Below, piece by piece: positions 34,039-47,583 of a DNA stretch of 52,297 nucleotides (the stretch's first letter is position 1; each line of letters begins with the position of its first letter). The position numbers and the translations under genes were made by a program. The stretch comes from Sphaeroforma arctica JP610 (Eukaryota). Location: positions 96,110-148,406 of the forward strand of contig NW_014040442.1 in the NCBI RefSeq assembly GCF_001186125.1. Reading direction: 5' to 3'. A model generated the notes under the pieces. That model ran no database searches and was not told the DNA's origin. It saw nothing but the letters and a program-made list of their open reading frames with translations.

Positions 34039-34230
34039 TCAGATGTCTGGTCCTGATTCGATTGCTTCTTGGGTTCGGTCGTGGGCTCCTTGGGTTCGGT
34101 CGTAGTCCTCTTCGCTGCCACTACTCGATATCAATGATGGCATTGTGGCACTAACGTCACTACTTGTGTACCCACTATCGTCTTCTACCGCGGGTAGATT
34201 CTCAAAGATTTCATCATTTTGTCGCGCCAT
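34039..34230 (-). CDS. ORF0 of element D (N-terminal part; may have been longer)
   Basis: MARQNDEIFENLPAVEDDSGYTSSDVSATMPSLISSS, homologous to ORF0 of C and B. Confidence 0.55.
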   Translation of the reverse strand: MARQNDEIFENLPAVEDDSGYTSSDVSATMPSLISSSGSEEDYDRTQGAHDRTQEAIESGPDI

Positions 34231-34378
34231 CTTACTTCCGCTATTATAACAATCGATGTTCTCTTTCTTCGTTCGTCGTATTCCTGTAGAAAAATCTAAA
34301 AAAATTTCATTCAATTATTATAAAGTAGCTTATTTCCTAATTACTAATATACTCACAACTTCCTTGGTAAGCTAAGAA

Positions 34379-34609
34379 TGTGGTAAACGAACGCTTCAAT
34401 AACCGTATCGCAACGTTCTCCCTCCGTAGAGAGGGAGACGTTGTTCATTTATTAGTAATTGTAAAATTAGTGACCCTAAAAGTGAGTCATAAGTCATGTG
34501 CCGCAGTAGTCAGCAAAAACCAAGTTTCTCAGAGTATTATGATAAACAGTAAAAAATTATAAAAACTAAAATAAACAACTAAAACCTAAGTACTTGTATT
34601 CTGACCACA
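34379..34609 (-). repeat. 5' LTR of element D
   Basis: Direct repeat of 25998-26230. Confidence 0.95.
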
Positions 34610-34613
34610 TCAT

Positions 34614-35870
34614 GCGCCCGGGTTTTACTCAAACGCAGGGCATCGCTTCCACGTGTTCTCATGAAACATTACGGTCTGTTCTTGCTGTCGCTGCTTCTCA
34701 AGGCTGGCGAGTCGCTCAAATGGATGTCGACACCGCTTATTTATACGCTGACCTCGACGAGCCTATATATATGCGCCCTCCTCCCGGTTCTAGTTCTGTC
34801 GGTTTCCCTGATAAGTTCGTCCTTGCTCTCAAGAAGTGTTTATACGGCCTCAAACAGTCGGGTAGCCTCTGGCACGCTCTCATTAAGTCCAAACTTCTCG
34901 CCATGGGTTTTACCCAGAGCCGTACCGATCCGTGCATGTTTATTATCAACACCCCCGACTTCTCCTGCATTATTATCCTTTACGTCGATGACACTATTAT
35001 CTGTGGTAAAACCGATTCCGACATTAGTCACTTCAAAACGCTCATCACTCGCGAGTTTAGCTGCAAAGATCCTGGCCGACCACACTGGTTACTCGGCGTT
35101 CGCGTCATATCCTACCAATGACTCCATCCGTCTTCTCCAGGACAATTATATTACCGATGCCCTCACCACGTTTGATCTCCTTGATGCTCATGTCGCCCCT
35201 ACGCCTGCCACTTCTGATATCATCAGCGCTAACGATGGTTCCCGCTTTACCTGTCGGTGCTTACTCGTATTGACATCAGCTTCCCTTTAAACAATCTCCC
35301 ACGCTATATGGCTAATCTGTCTCCAGCGCATTGAATAGCTGCCCAGCGTATCTTACGGTACCTCAAAGGCACGCCCAATCTTGGCCTTACCTATTGTTTC
35401 CAGCCTGGTGCCCCCATTGTTGATGCTTTCGTCGATGCCAATTATAATGCCTGTCCTGATACTCGTCACTCTACCAGTGGCTATGTCCTTCGTATCAATG
35501 GCGTCCCCGTCGTCTGGAAGTCCAAACGTCAGAAGACCGTCAAGACTAGCACTGCAGAGGCCGAATATTACGCTGCATCTGAGGCTGGTAAACAATTTCA
35601 ATGGTTGCGCAATCTCTTATCCGAGATCGGCTTCCCACAGTCCACACCCACACCGCTCTATTGCGACAATCAATCGGCCATTCACGTCATTACAGACACC
35701 GGCACTAACAAGCATCTCAAACATGTTGACATTCGTATCCATCATATCCGCGACATACAATCCCAAGGTGTCATCAGCACTCAATATGTTACCTCCTCTG
35801 ACAATGTCGCTGACATTCTTACGAAAAATACCGCACGTCTCACACATTCTCGTCATACTTCCAATATGCT
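34614..35870 (+). pseudogene. pol: Copia reverse transcriptase (C-terminal part) and RNase H
   Basis: GFTQ, QMDVDTAYL, LYGLKQS, LYVDD; LYCDNQSA, KHVDIR, NVADILTK. Confidence 0.93.
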
Positions 35871-36243
35871 CCTCCGTCGTCCCTCAATCTTCCGATGCCT
35901 TCGCGGAAACAATCCAGGAGAGGAGCGTATCACACTACAGTGAACTGCAGATTGTATCCTCAATAACACTACACACTGCTGGTTTTAGGAGAGTGTTAGG
36001 GCAAAATCAACACTGTTATTCTTTTCTCCTATACAATAGCAGTTCGGTACTAAGTATAGTACACAAGATTACGAAAAATACGGCACGTCCCGCACATTCT
36101 CGTTATACTTCCAATATGCTCTCCGTCGTCCCTCAATCTTCCGATGCCGTTCACGGAAACAATCCAGGGGAGGAGCGCATCACACTACAGTGAACTGCAG
36201 ATTGTATCCTCAATAACACTACACACTGCTGGTTTTAAGGGAG

Positions 36244-36506
36244 TGTTATGACAGAATCAACACTGACATTCTTATATCCTATACAATAGCAGTTCGGTAC
36301 TAATTATAGTACACAAGAGAACTGACACATGTCAGAGTATCAATATATTATGACACTCACTCCACATGGCAGAGTGTCAATATATTATGACACTCACAGA
36401 TTACATGATATACTTTCCTGTGAACTATCACATTGTCTACACAATATACAACACTGCAAAAAGGGATAATAAAGTTACTCTATTCATAGTTCTATATTGT
36501 TTAACA
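36244..36506 (+). repeat. 3' LTR of the copia element
   Basis: TGTTA...TAACA after a purine tract; a partial extra copy at ~35994-36067 comes from a 250-bp tandem duplication. Confidence 0.9.
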
Positions 36507-37132
36507 TCTATATTGTCGTCACAATTTTCCATTTGAAATTACTGTCTTCTCTTGGTAACTTCGGAAATTTTGAAGTCTTTAGTAGTTTAGATAGTGCAGG
36601 TTTATTGTCTTTATCATCTAAGCGTGAACGCAAGATTTATAGCTCGCTAATATACTAACTAATTAGTATTAATTCGTCCTTCTCATCCTCACCACCCTCA
36701 TTGATAGCTTGGTCGTATCTCCTTCTGAGTTTTGCGTCTACCATTGGCATGCGACGTTCTGGTTGCTAATCGTGAATGCCTACTCTCATCTTGTGTAGAC
36801 TCGCGATGGTTATAGGTGCTGTTTGTTTCAGTTTGGCTACAATCATACTCACCAGGAAGTGATCGCCTTGACAAATTCTCTCGTATTTTTCTAAACGTAT
36901 TGTTGATGCCTGTACGGGCACCTCATTAGGTGTTTGTTGGCTTGAGTTGGCACCCGGGGCTACCCTCCCCCTGCTGGGTTGTCATCCGCACCTTCACCAC
37001 CATACACGCCTGCTTTGGTTGTGTTGGCATCTTGAGTCGACTGAGTGGACGTGTCTATATTGCAGGCTATTAGTGAAGACTTGTGTAAAATTCGCTGTGA
37101 ATAGGCGCGTACCCCTCGTCTTTACTAGTAAC

Positions 37133-37163
<31 letters not shown>

Positions 37164-37999
37164 CATTTATCTCATTTACTTTTGTCGTGGTTACGATCTT
37201 CTGCACTTCCGTGGGAAGTGTTTACCGCTCTGTGCTATGCGGTAACTTGTTGTGTTCCTTCCTGTGATTGTGAAAGTGTATTTGTTGTTGGTTAGTTAAG
37301 CTTATTCCGTCACGTGCGAACATACTCGTATTTATTCCTCATGTGATATTAAGTAGATGTTCGGTCCTGATGACGTCACCTGTGAATTTCGGTCTCATTG
37401 ACCTCACCGCTGGCCCTAACAGGCTTCACTTGTGATGCTCGGTCTGATTGACGTCACTTTTGATGTTCGGTCATATGTACCGTACTGTGTGAATATTGAA
37501 CTTTTTGTTAAGTTTTTTCATACTAATTGCACCAACTGTCTTGTGTTTGTGTTCGCGTTCGCTAAACTATTGTTGGGTTCTACTGCTCTTGTGTATGTCT
37601 GATCGTGGTGTCCTTGTGTCCAACCAACCAGTATATACGCGAAATTCACATGCGTGTGCATGATTTGAGTGTGATTGTCGTGTTCTTGGTATGTCCTGTT
37701 TCTTGGAAACAGCGTACTTCTTGTTTGCAGACATTTAAAACTCTATCTCGTCCAAAACTCTCTGCTCCTAGTTTGCACAAGTTGTAAACTCAAGATCGTT
37801 GTGCGGGTTCGTGATTAGGATACAATCTTGCATTCCTTAGACGCAATCTTGCTTTATTAGCATGTCTTACTTCTCATGAAGCGCTATGCGCTAAGTTCGT
37901 GATATATTTGTTGCGTAAGCATTCTTGCTTCACTCACTATGTGTTGTGTCCGATCTGGGAGCTTCTTAGTCTTGTGTAGATCGATTGTGGGTCTGATTG

Positions 38000-40690
38000 T
38001 ACCTCTCTTTGTGTTTCTGTACACTGTGATTGTTTACCTGGCGGTTGGTACCCCATAGTTGGTCACGAAATGTTCTCATCACTTGAAACATCTGAATCTG
38101 ACATGACATCCGGACAATCACTGATCCCAGAAAGAACCTCTGAGTCCGAGCTCGTACCACTGGACTGCGATCCATCGCCTGCGAATGAGGTACAAAATCC
38201 TCTGTGGAACTCTCATCATCCCCGCTGTCGACGCGACGATTGTTGGCACCACCAGCCGCGCGTTCCAACGCCCGCCGTGGTTTATGCCTCCTCTTCATTT
38301 GCATTTTTTTTTCCCGCGCACGAGGCTTTGACTGCCTATAGCCAAGCAACAGCTTGATTTGCGGGCTCAATGGGACATTTGTGTCCTTAAACCATGACCA
38401 ATTAATGGCCGACATGGGCACTAGTATCAGCTCATCGCCGCTCCACATAAGCGCCCAATTAGAATGACCCATTTAGTCATATCCAATGAGTATTTCACAA
38501 CCCATTGGTATGTCCTCCACTACATAGAATGGGTGGCCCTTAGCTAACGCTTAAGTCCCCCCAAGGATGATCATATACGCCTCCTAGTCATCCCACGGCA
38601 CAAAACACGGGATTTAATTTCCCCATTCCGTCAATACTTTCTAATGCAGTCCTGTATACTTCTGCCTGGCTGTCACACCGAGCTCACTGAGCAGGCGATT
38701 CGAAACAAGCTAGAATGTACAACCCAAATTCGCATACGCCCACGTGTGCACAGCCCCGACTATAGCAGGAACCACCGCACCATTTCACTTACGACGCAAT
38801 TTCTTCTTCGAAGCTGCGCCTGCTGACCCGCCATAACGCGGGAAGTTTTCCGCTGCATGATAAGTCTCGTAACAAACCGTATGGTAGAGCTCAGCCTCTG
38901 ATTCCGACGACCGGGAGTGCTTACGACCTCTTTTACGCCGTCCTCTGCGCTTATCACGCCCACACTCACGGCTATGTGAGCGCGATGAACTATCGTGCGA
39001 CCGCTTGCGGTGATGTCTGTCCTTACCAGACCGCGAATGCGATCGTTCTCGACCTGATTCAGCATCGTCCAATTCCGAACGCCGATTGCGACGCTTCCAG
39101 GGCTTGGAGTAACCTTATTCTTGTCTCTCGTGTGGTAATTCTCATAAGAACGCCGATTTCCGCTACAGTCCTCGTTCCTGTCTTTCGTACGTATCTTGCG
39201 TGCCCTACCAATAAGAAAATTGAGCTGCGCCTGCAACTGCTGCTGCTTAGGCTGTTGCTGACCACCGCCACCTTTGTTGCCTTTGCCTCCATGGTCATCA
39301 CTACCACAATCTGCCTTCTGGCCATTGCCATTTTTCTGGTGGCTCTGCTGCAGATTGCCTACACTAGCAATAACCTTAAAACTAACACCATCCTCGGTCT
39401 AAATGAAATCGAATAATGCTGCGCTATAAAGCACATACGACTGTTGTAGCCAGCTGAGCAAGCGCGGTGTGCCTTGCTCAGCAAACCCAGCCAAGGACAG
39501 AACGTGCTTCGTGATCCTAAAATTGAGTGAAAATAACAACTCAACGACCACAACCTGTTCGTTCACTTCACTCACTACTTTCTCTAATAACTCAGGCTCA
39601 GCAATTGCTTGTGCTAACAAAAACTTACTGATGTTGCCGTTCACCATTGCCAATGCTGCGTACGCCTTGTTGGACCCATTCCTAAGGCGCATACAGAACC
39701 GAGAAACTTCCTCAGATATGCCTGTTGGCAAGCGAAGAACCGCTTAGTCAATAGCTCGCGAAGCACGGGGAGCCAATGGCACCCCTTCTGTCAATTGAGA
39801 AATTCATTGCTGAACTGGCAGAAGTCGACCCTGATGTCGACGATCCCGAAGTACTTGGTGCCATCGCTCTTTCAGATTGACAGCGATGAGCTTCTTCAGC
39901 CCTACCTCTGTTCGGATCCGCTGCCCCATGGCTTCGTCCTGCTGAAATTGCGCCCATTGCGCTTTCTCAGCTTCCGTCGGCTGGCCATCGCCACCATTTC
40001 TCGATGCACCCGATGTGCCCGAATCTGGCTGAGTCGCTGTGGGATCCTGTTGCCCTATAGGTAGTGACAGAGTGGCTGGCTCTGGCACCGCCGAAGCACC
40101 TGATGCTGCCGTACGCCCGCCATCCGACGGCGTATTCAACTCGGCATCTCGCTGATCCGCTAGAAATGCAGCCGCTCGATGGGGAGCTGCCTCGTTCTCT
40201 GCACCAGTTTGGTACGCCTTTAAATGGCTACGCAAGAGAGGGACCGAGCTTGAGCCCCCTAACAGGCTCTCGGTTCCCATGTTTGCTCGAAGCGACGCGA
40301 CAAAGTTGTCGGCCGAAAAGCTGCTGCTTCCGCTGAGGTTCGGGCATCAAGTGACTCCTCCAGGAACACCTTCAACAGGGCTCTGTCGCCATGTAAGAAA
40401 GCAGCTCCTATAAGACATGCACAGTAACTTGCAGATCCTTCCGCAAAGCTCGCGCAACCGCCGCTGAATGAGAAGTGTCCTTCCGGAAATGACGACATTC
40501 GCCAGCGTACAAGGTGGCCATCGCCAATAGCCACATATGATTTCCTTGCATTCGTTGAGCTGAATTTCTGTACAATTGCGGGCCTATGTAGAGGCTTAGC
40601 ATCTGTTCCTTCTCAAATAACTGTCGACTTCCAAGCGTAGAAGTCATCACACTTGTTGTCATGTAATAAGTGACGCTGATACTGCTTGGC
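38000..40690 (-). pseudogene. Highly decayed gag-protease remnant of another retroelement
   Basis: Manual translation ~38460-38540 gives HPFYVVEDIPMGCEILIGYD*M (retropepsin C-terminal motif). HTVCYETYHAAENFP resembles an eroded Cx2Cx4Hx4C knuckle after an RS-rich tract. No RT or LTR found. Confidence 0.45.
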
Positions 40691-40834
40691 CATGCCGAGG
40701 CTATGTTAACTATCTACACCAACTATATACTACTATTGTGAGATGGGGAATTCACGGCTAGCTAACAATCAATTCTTCTACTGAGAGCTATATTAGTAGG
40801 TTTAAAAAATTTAGAGTAGATTTCTGGGCCCAAA

Positions 40835-43800
40835 TATATATATATATATATTAATATGTCGGTATGAATATTTGGTTCACAGAATTTGATAATTATCACG
40901 TGTCACTATATTATACTCCAAAGTTTGGTACTACGGCTTCGAGGCCGATCACAATACACACACACACACATATATATATATATACATATACATGCATACA
41001 TTTAACAATATATATACATATACATGCATACATTTAAATGTATATAAACATACACACAAACACACACACACATATATATATGTATATATCTATCTATTTA
41101 TATAGATATATATGTATATGTATAGATATATATGTATATATCTATATACATGCATTATATCTTACATATATTACACAAACATAGGCATGTATTATATATT
41201 ATACAATATTAAATCATATTTAAAGACATACACACGTACATAAAAAATATGGATATGGATATGGATATATATATACATACATATATAGGCATATTTATAT
41301 ACATATACATATACAATACATACATATATATATACATATATATACATAAATATACATATACAATATACATACATATATATATACATTTACATACATACAC
41401 ATATATTATATCTACATTTATATATATATATATATATGTTTGTGTTTATGTAAAGTTATATACAAATATAATATTAATTGAAAATCTGTAACAATAGTAT
41501 ATTAGCTGTAGATATCGCACACCATATTTATATACATATATACGGTTACGTATATATGCATACACACTCATATATTCATACAGTTATATATATGTTTTCA
41601 TATATATATATACATACATATATATATATATATATACATAAACATATATATATATATATGTATATTTATTTAAATATTTATAGGTATATACATACACACA
41701 CACATATACATACATATATATATATATAGATGCATACAAATAAACAATATATATATATATACATATATACATATATACACACACACACACACATGTATAT
41801 ATAATTGGACTATATTTACATATCCATATCTACATATAAACATATAATTATATAATATATTTATATACGAATATATACAATATATATATATATATATATA
41901 TATAGATGTAGTCATATATATATATATAAATTCGAAAATATTTATAAATGGACTTTATATTTATATATCCATATCCATATCCATATATATATACATGTAA
42001 ATAAAAATAAAAAAATAATATATATATATATACGAATATATATACATATACATATAGATATATTCATATATATGCGTATATATACATATACATATAGATA
42101 TATTCATATATATGTGTATATAATATATATATATATCTATGTAAATATAAATATATATACAAATATATATATATATACATAGTATATACACATTTACCTT
42201 GATAAACATATATTTATACGTATATATAATGATATATATATATATACGTATGTATATAAATTTATATACGTATACGTATGCGTATATACATATATATATA
42301 TATATGTATACTTAAATATATATATATATATAGCAATGGACTGTATATATAGATATACGACTGTATATATAGATATAGATATATATATACGCGAATATAT
42401 ATATATATAAATATATATACATATATAGCTAGTTATGAATATATATTCATATATATATATACATACACATGTATATATATATACGTATACAAATATATAT
42501 CGTGTATATGTATATATATAGATACGTACATATAAATATACACGTACAAATACACGTATATATTTATATATATAGATATAGATACGTACATATATATATA
42601 TATATATACGTATATAATATACAAGTACTCCTCATTACATCAACTGCATTCGTATCTGCGTACAAGTACAGACTCTATAACATACGCATACAATATTTTA
42701 TCGTATTTCGCGTTCCATCTTTCTATTAGCGTTCAGTCGCTCTCACACATGTTATATTCGCGTACAGGAAAATTATACATATTGTCGCGCCAAATCCAAA
42801 TTCGAAACCAACCCAGTCCAAGCCTGAAAATCAATCCGCTGCTGCATGAGCTCCCTGCGAACTCAACGGACAACCAGTAGAAGGCGCGACTTCTCAATGG
42901 CCAATACTATCAGGCCCTGACTTCTCTGGGACCTACAGGCATATTCCACTTAACTCTCAAAAGGGACCCATTTCAGGACCCCCAGGGACGAAAATTCTAG
43001 TCCACAAGGGCCAAAGGTAGAATATACAAACATATAATCATATATATATTATATAATCATATATGTATATATATATATAATCATTTATATATATATACAT
43101 AAACATAAGCATACATACATACATACATAAATATACATGTGTGTGTACGGGTATAGGCTGTGGTGGTTCTCGTATTCGTTATGCTAGTGCGTATATTTTG
43201 ACGAGGATATGTGTGTACAATGATACGAAAACATGCTATGGACAAGTGTGTATTGTAGTGAATCTTGATCACATACCGCTCTTCTGTATGGTTTGACGAC
43301 CATGTATGCAATTTTGTGTTGGTGCTGTACTTCAATGTATATACATATATAAATGCATATTTGTATAGATGAATATAGATGTATATGTGTATAAATATGA
43401 ATATTTATATACATATATATATATATATATATACACATACATATAAATACAAATATGCATATATATATAAATATTTATACATATGTATATGTACAATATA
43501 TAAATATATAATTGTGTGTATAAACACATATATTTGTGTGTAATATATTATATATATATATATCAGCCTACATCATTTCATATACCGTCAACTGGGTTTG
43601 TACAATTGTGACATATGTTTATGTAGATATACAGACATAAATAAATATGTGCATGTATTATATGTTATAGTATATATATACAGGTAATATATATATATGT
43701 AAATATACAGGTATTATATATTATATTTTACATATATACAAATTATATATTAAATTTTCATACATACAAACATATATATGTGTGTATATAAATATTATAT

Positions 43801-44585
43801 ATATATATATATATACCTGTATATAAATATAAACAAATTATATATTCAATTTTCGTACATACATACATGTGTATATAAATATTATATATATATATATACC
43901 TGTATATAAATATTATATGTATTTTGTATATGTACATATGTATAATACATAAAACATCCACATATATATATATATATATGTTTTCAAGTTTTAGGGATGG
44001 CACCTCCATTATAAACTTCATAAAATTAAAAATAAGTACTCCTCATTACCTCAACTGCATTCGCGTCTGCGTACACGTACAAACTTCATAACATCAATAT
44101 AGTGTTGTATTGAGCGTTCATCTTCCTGTTAGCGCTGAGCCGCTCACACAAGCTATTTTCGCGTCCAGGAAAATCATACATACATATTGTCGCACCAAAA
44201 CCAAATTTGAAACAACCCGGTTCAAGCCTTAAATTCAATTCGCCACTGCCTGAGCTCCCTGAGAACTCGAGGGCCAACCATGGGAGGCCCTGACTTCTCA
44301 AGGGCCACTAACACCAGGCCCTTACTTCTCTGAGACATACAGCCTGCTACAAGCATATTTCACTAACCACCCCATTGAGGATCCCTAGGGACGAAAATTC
44401 GAGTCCCTAAGGGCCCAGGGTAGGAAATAAATACATAAATACATACATATAAATATATATAAATATACAAACACACATATATATATGCATGTTTGTGCTT
44501 GTGTGTATATGTGTATACATACATACATACATACATAATATATATTCATATTTATATATATATACATACATACACGCACATAAAC

Positions 44586-44618
<33 letters not shown>

Positions 44619-44957
44619 AATATATATATACATGTGTATGTGTGTGTATACATAAGCCGTGATGTTTCTCGCATTTTTGGTGCTTGTGTGTATGTTTTGA
44701 CGAGCATGTGTCTGTACAATGATGCGAATGCATGCGATGGACAATTGTGTGTTGTAGTGAATTTCGACCACATAATGCTCATCTGTATGTTTTAGTTTGT
44801 GTATGTATGTACAATGATGCGATAGACAATTGTGTGTTGGTGCTATACTTCAATATATGGGTACAAGTATCTGGTAGTTTCGGAGAACACCAGTAAGGGG
44901 TAGGCTAAAGATATTCGTACGTCAACGAGGCCCGCCTAAAGTACATCGATGCGATTG

Positions 44958-44993
<36 letters not shown>

Positions 44994-45035
44994 CCCTAAC
45001 ATATATGAATATATATATACTTCGATATATATATA
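40835..45035. repeat. TA/CA-rich microsatellite region containing a ~1.4-1.5 kb two-copy diverged duplication
   Basis: Long (TA)n-derived tracts; block pairs ~42623-43020 with ~44034-44425, ~43140-43335 with ~44640-44855, and ~43563-43611 with ~45036-45082. Confidence 0.85.
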
Positions 45036-45861
45036 AGCCTACATTATTCCAGATACTGTCTATTGGGCACGTACAAGTGTGAATTCATCAGTAAAACGGT
45101 GCTTGTTCATTACAAAAAGTTGACCACACGAGATTGCAAATCTTGCACATTTCTTGTGTGGAAAATCACAGCGGTGCGCGGTTATGCCGTACTGTCGTTG
45201 GGTGTCCGGTGACGGTTTGTTGTGATAGTGCAATAATAGGCTAGGGCGCTCATATCTATAAAATAAACAGCTTGTACACTACAACTAGCTTCACTAATGT
45301 CTGCTTGCGTAGCAAAATATAGGACACTGTTTTACTTGTGAAAAACTGAAAATCCAGAAAGTTGACTTGTAGTAAATACAGCTTTCAAACAAGGCCTGGA
45401 TCGACCCGGCCTAGGTCAAGAATACAACGAGACAGAAATCTAATTAATAAACAGCATATATCAAAAGGGTCTTATACTTTACTCATTTGTAGATGACAAA
45501 GAACGTACCGAAGAAGGCTGAATTTACATACGAAGCCAACATAAGGGCACGCACTGCCGGAACAACAGCATCAATAGTATCATGCTACTCCCCCAGAATC
45601 ACTTGCCATTCGATCTACATTACTTAATTTCGGGATACGCTCCTTGATCGCAAGTTAATTCCTCATTTTCGCAACTTGCACCAACTTTTGAATCTTGGAT
45701 ATCGTATTTTATATTGATGCATACGGCGTGCTCAATGTAGTCCATTCGAGTTATACAGCGCAGTTGTTCCTTCATGAACCGTGCACACTCGCGGCCGAGT
45801 GTTATTGCGCTCCAGGAATACAGTAGACATGCCGTAGGCGATGGCAGTCAGCCTAAACTAT

Positions 45862-46332
45862 TTACATGTACTTCGATCTTTGCTGCTTCTCCTTCAGTTC
45901 GCTTCTGGCCGCGGCGACGAATGCCTTGAGTCCAGGAGTGCTCATACTCTTGGGACGCTCGAGGGGTAGACCCATAGAACGACTCCACACAAGTGATGTA
46001 AGTACACCAATTGCGCGCGACACACCGAATAGCACGGTGTAGAAATTCATCTCAGTCATGCCGTAGTGTTGCAGCAAGATACCAGAGTGAGCGTCCACAT
46101 TGGGCCAGGGGTTCTTGGCTTTTCCGTGTTTCAGAAGAATGTCAGGAACCACTTCGTATAGCATGGAGACAAGCTTGAAGTCGTCGGAATCAGGCATGTG
46201 CTTCAAAGCAAATTCGCGCTGACAAGTGTAACGGGGATCAGTCTTTCTTAGGACAGCGTGACCATATCCAGGAATAACCTGGCCTGAGTTGAGGGTATTC
46301 CAGACCTCGTCCGAAAGGCTCTTCTTATTCAA
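45862..46332 (-). CDS. CS: Citrate synthase (eukaryotic type I), last exon
   Basis: [53 protein letters not shown]. Acceptor ...TACAG at 46333 after a pyrimidine tract, phase 0; stop TAA at 45862-45864. Confidence 0.96.
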   Translation of the reverse strand: MNKKSLSDEVWNTLNSGQVIPGYGHAVLRKTDPRYTCQREFALKHMPDSDDFKLVSMLYEVVPDILLKHGKAKNPWPNVDAHSGILLQHYGMTEMNFYTVLFGVSRAIGVLTSLVWSRSMGLPLERPKSMSTPGLKAFVAAARSELKEKQQRSKYM

Positions 46333-46656
46333 CTGTATCAGAAAAAAAGAAGCAAATCACGACGTGAGTAATGATAATCAATATTCAACGTACTAACTAT
46401 GCGAAATACAATGCATGAAACAAGTATAATGGGCTCAGAATATAAAATATGAAAAGCTCGTTCGAATTCAGTCTAACAATTTGTAAAACCTATTCTATGA
46501 TTTCCCAGGAAGACCCAGTATCTGCCTTGAAAAGCAAGCTAACGCGAGATCTATGACAGAATAAACAAAGCCTATGTAAGAAGGAACAAGCCTCCACTGT
46601 CAACCTAATTACACAGAACGCCAACAAAATAAACAAGGTACAAAATATTCACATAC

Positions 46657-47583
46657 GTTTTCTTGCCAATTGCCGCCGTTCTTCTCTCCTAACCTAGCCT
46701 TGATCTTGGTCAACCAACTAAGCACCTCCTGATTAGCAAGTCCGTGCAAGGGACCTGCAAGACCGTTCAAAGCAGCTCCATAAGCCAAGTATGGATCGGA
46801 AAGCGCACTTCCTACCAAGTGTGTTGTGTGTGCACTCACGTTACCTCCCTCGTGGTCGGCGTGGATGACAAGGTACAGACGTAGTAGATCAACGAAACCC
46901 TCATCAGTGAAACCCATCATATTGGCGAAGTTGGCTCCCAAATCTTTTTCTGGGTCGATTTTACCTATGGGGCGCCCATTGTGGAACACGTTGTTATATA
47001 TCATAGCCGCAATAACTGGCAGTTTAGCGATAAGATCCAGACTGTCTTCTAGTGTGAGCTCCCAGTACTTGCTCTTAGGTGTATCACCAGTAGCGTATGC
47101 TTTGGCAAACTTGGACTCTGAGTGTAGGGCGGTGACGGCAGCGGACAACTGAGCCATAGGGTGCAACTCCTTGGGGAAGTTGTTAAGCATCTGCTCCACG
47201 TGGTGAGGTAGTTCTGCACGACGAGCCAGGTCTTTCGACAACAAAGTGGTTTCTTTCTGGGTAGGTAGTTCCCCAGTCAACAGCAGCCACAGAGCGCCTT
47301 CGGGCAAAGGCTCTTGTCCTCCCGGTCCACGAGGAAGAGTTTCTTGCAGCTCTAATAGTGTGTGACCCTGGAACCGGATACCTTCGTCTGCGTCGAGAAC
47401 AGAGGTCTCAGATACCATACCCTTGATACCACGCATGCCTCCGTATGCCATATCCACGGTTAAAATACCAATAGCTTCTCCTCCGTGTGCTTCACGGAAC
47501 TCTTTGACATCCTGGGCGTGCTTTGGCAGGATCTCGCGAAGTCGTTCGTATAGGGGTTCGAGGCCGTTTTGTTGAGGGATCAT
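46657..47583 (-). CDS. CS: Citrate synthase (eukaryotic type I), upstream coding exon
   Basis: [59 protein letters not shown]. Donor GTATGT at 46656-46651 gives a 324-bp intron (46333-46656) joining ...WQEN|LNKKS in frame. The true start is uncertain. Confidence 0.95.

Larger units (their letters stand above)
25998..34609 (-). mobile_element. Ty3/gypsy chromodomain LTR retrotransposon D nested in the copia RT
   Basis: LTR pair 25998-26230 and 34379-34609 (TGTGG...CCACA), TSD TTAT/TCAT (one mismatch), PPT complement at 26231-26238. Removal rejoins copia KARL-CAR-GFTQ (with a 1-nt slip). Confidence 0.95.
20332..36506 (+). mobile_element. Ty1/copia LTR retrotransposon (decayed, three nested insertions)
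   Basis: LTRs 20332-21153 (split) and 36244-36506, TSD TCTAT (20327-20331 and 36507-36511), purine tract AAGGGAG before the 3' LTR, order gag-PR-IN-RT-RH. Confidence 0.93.

Noticed and set aside
41192..44795. Many Y/I/M/C-rich ORFs
   Set aside because: Translation artefacts of TA/CA microsatellites.
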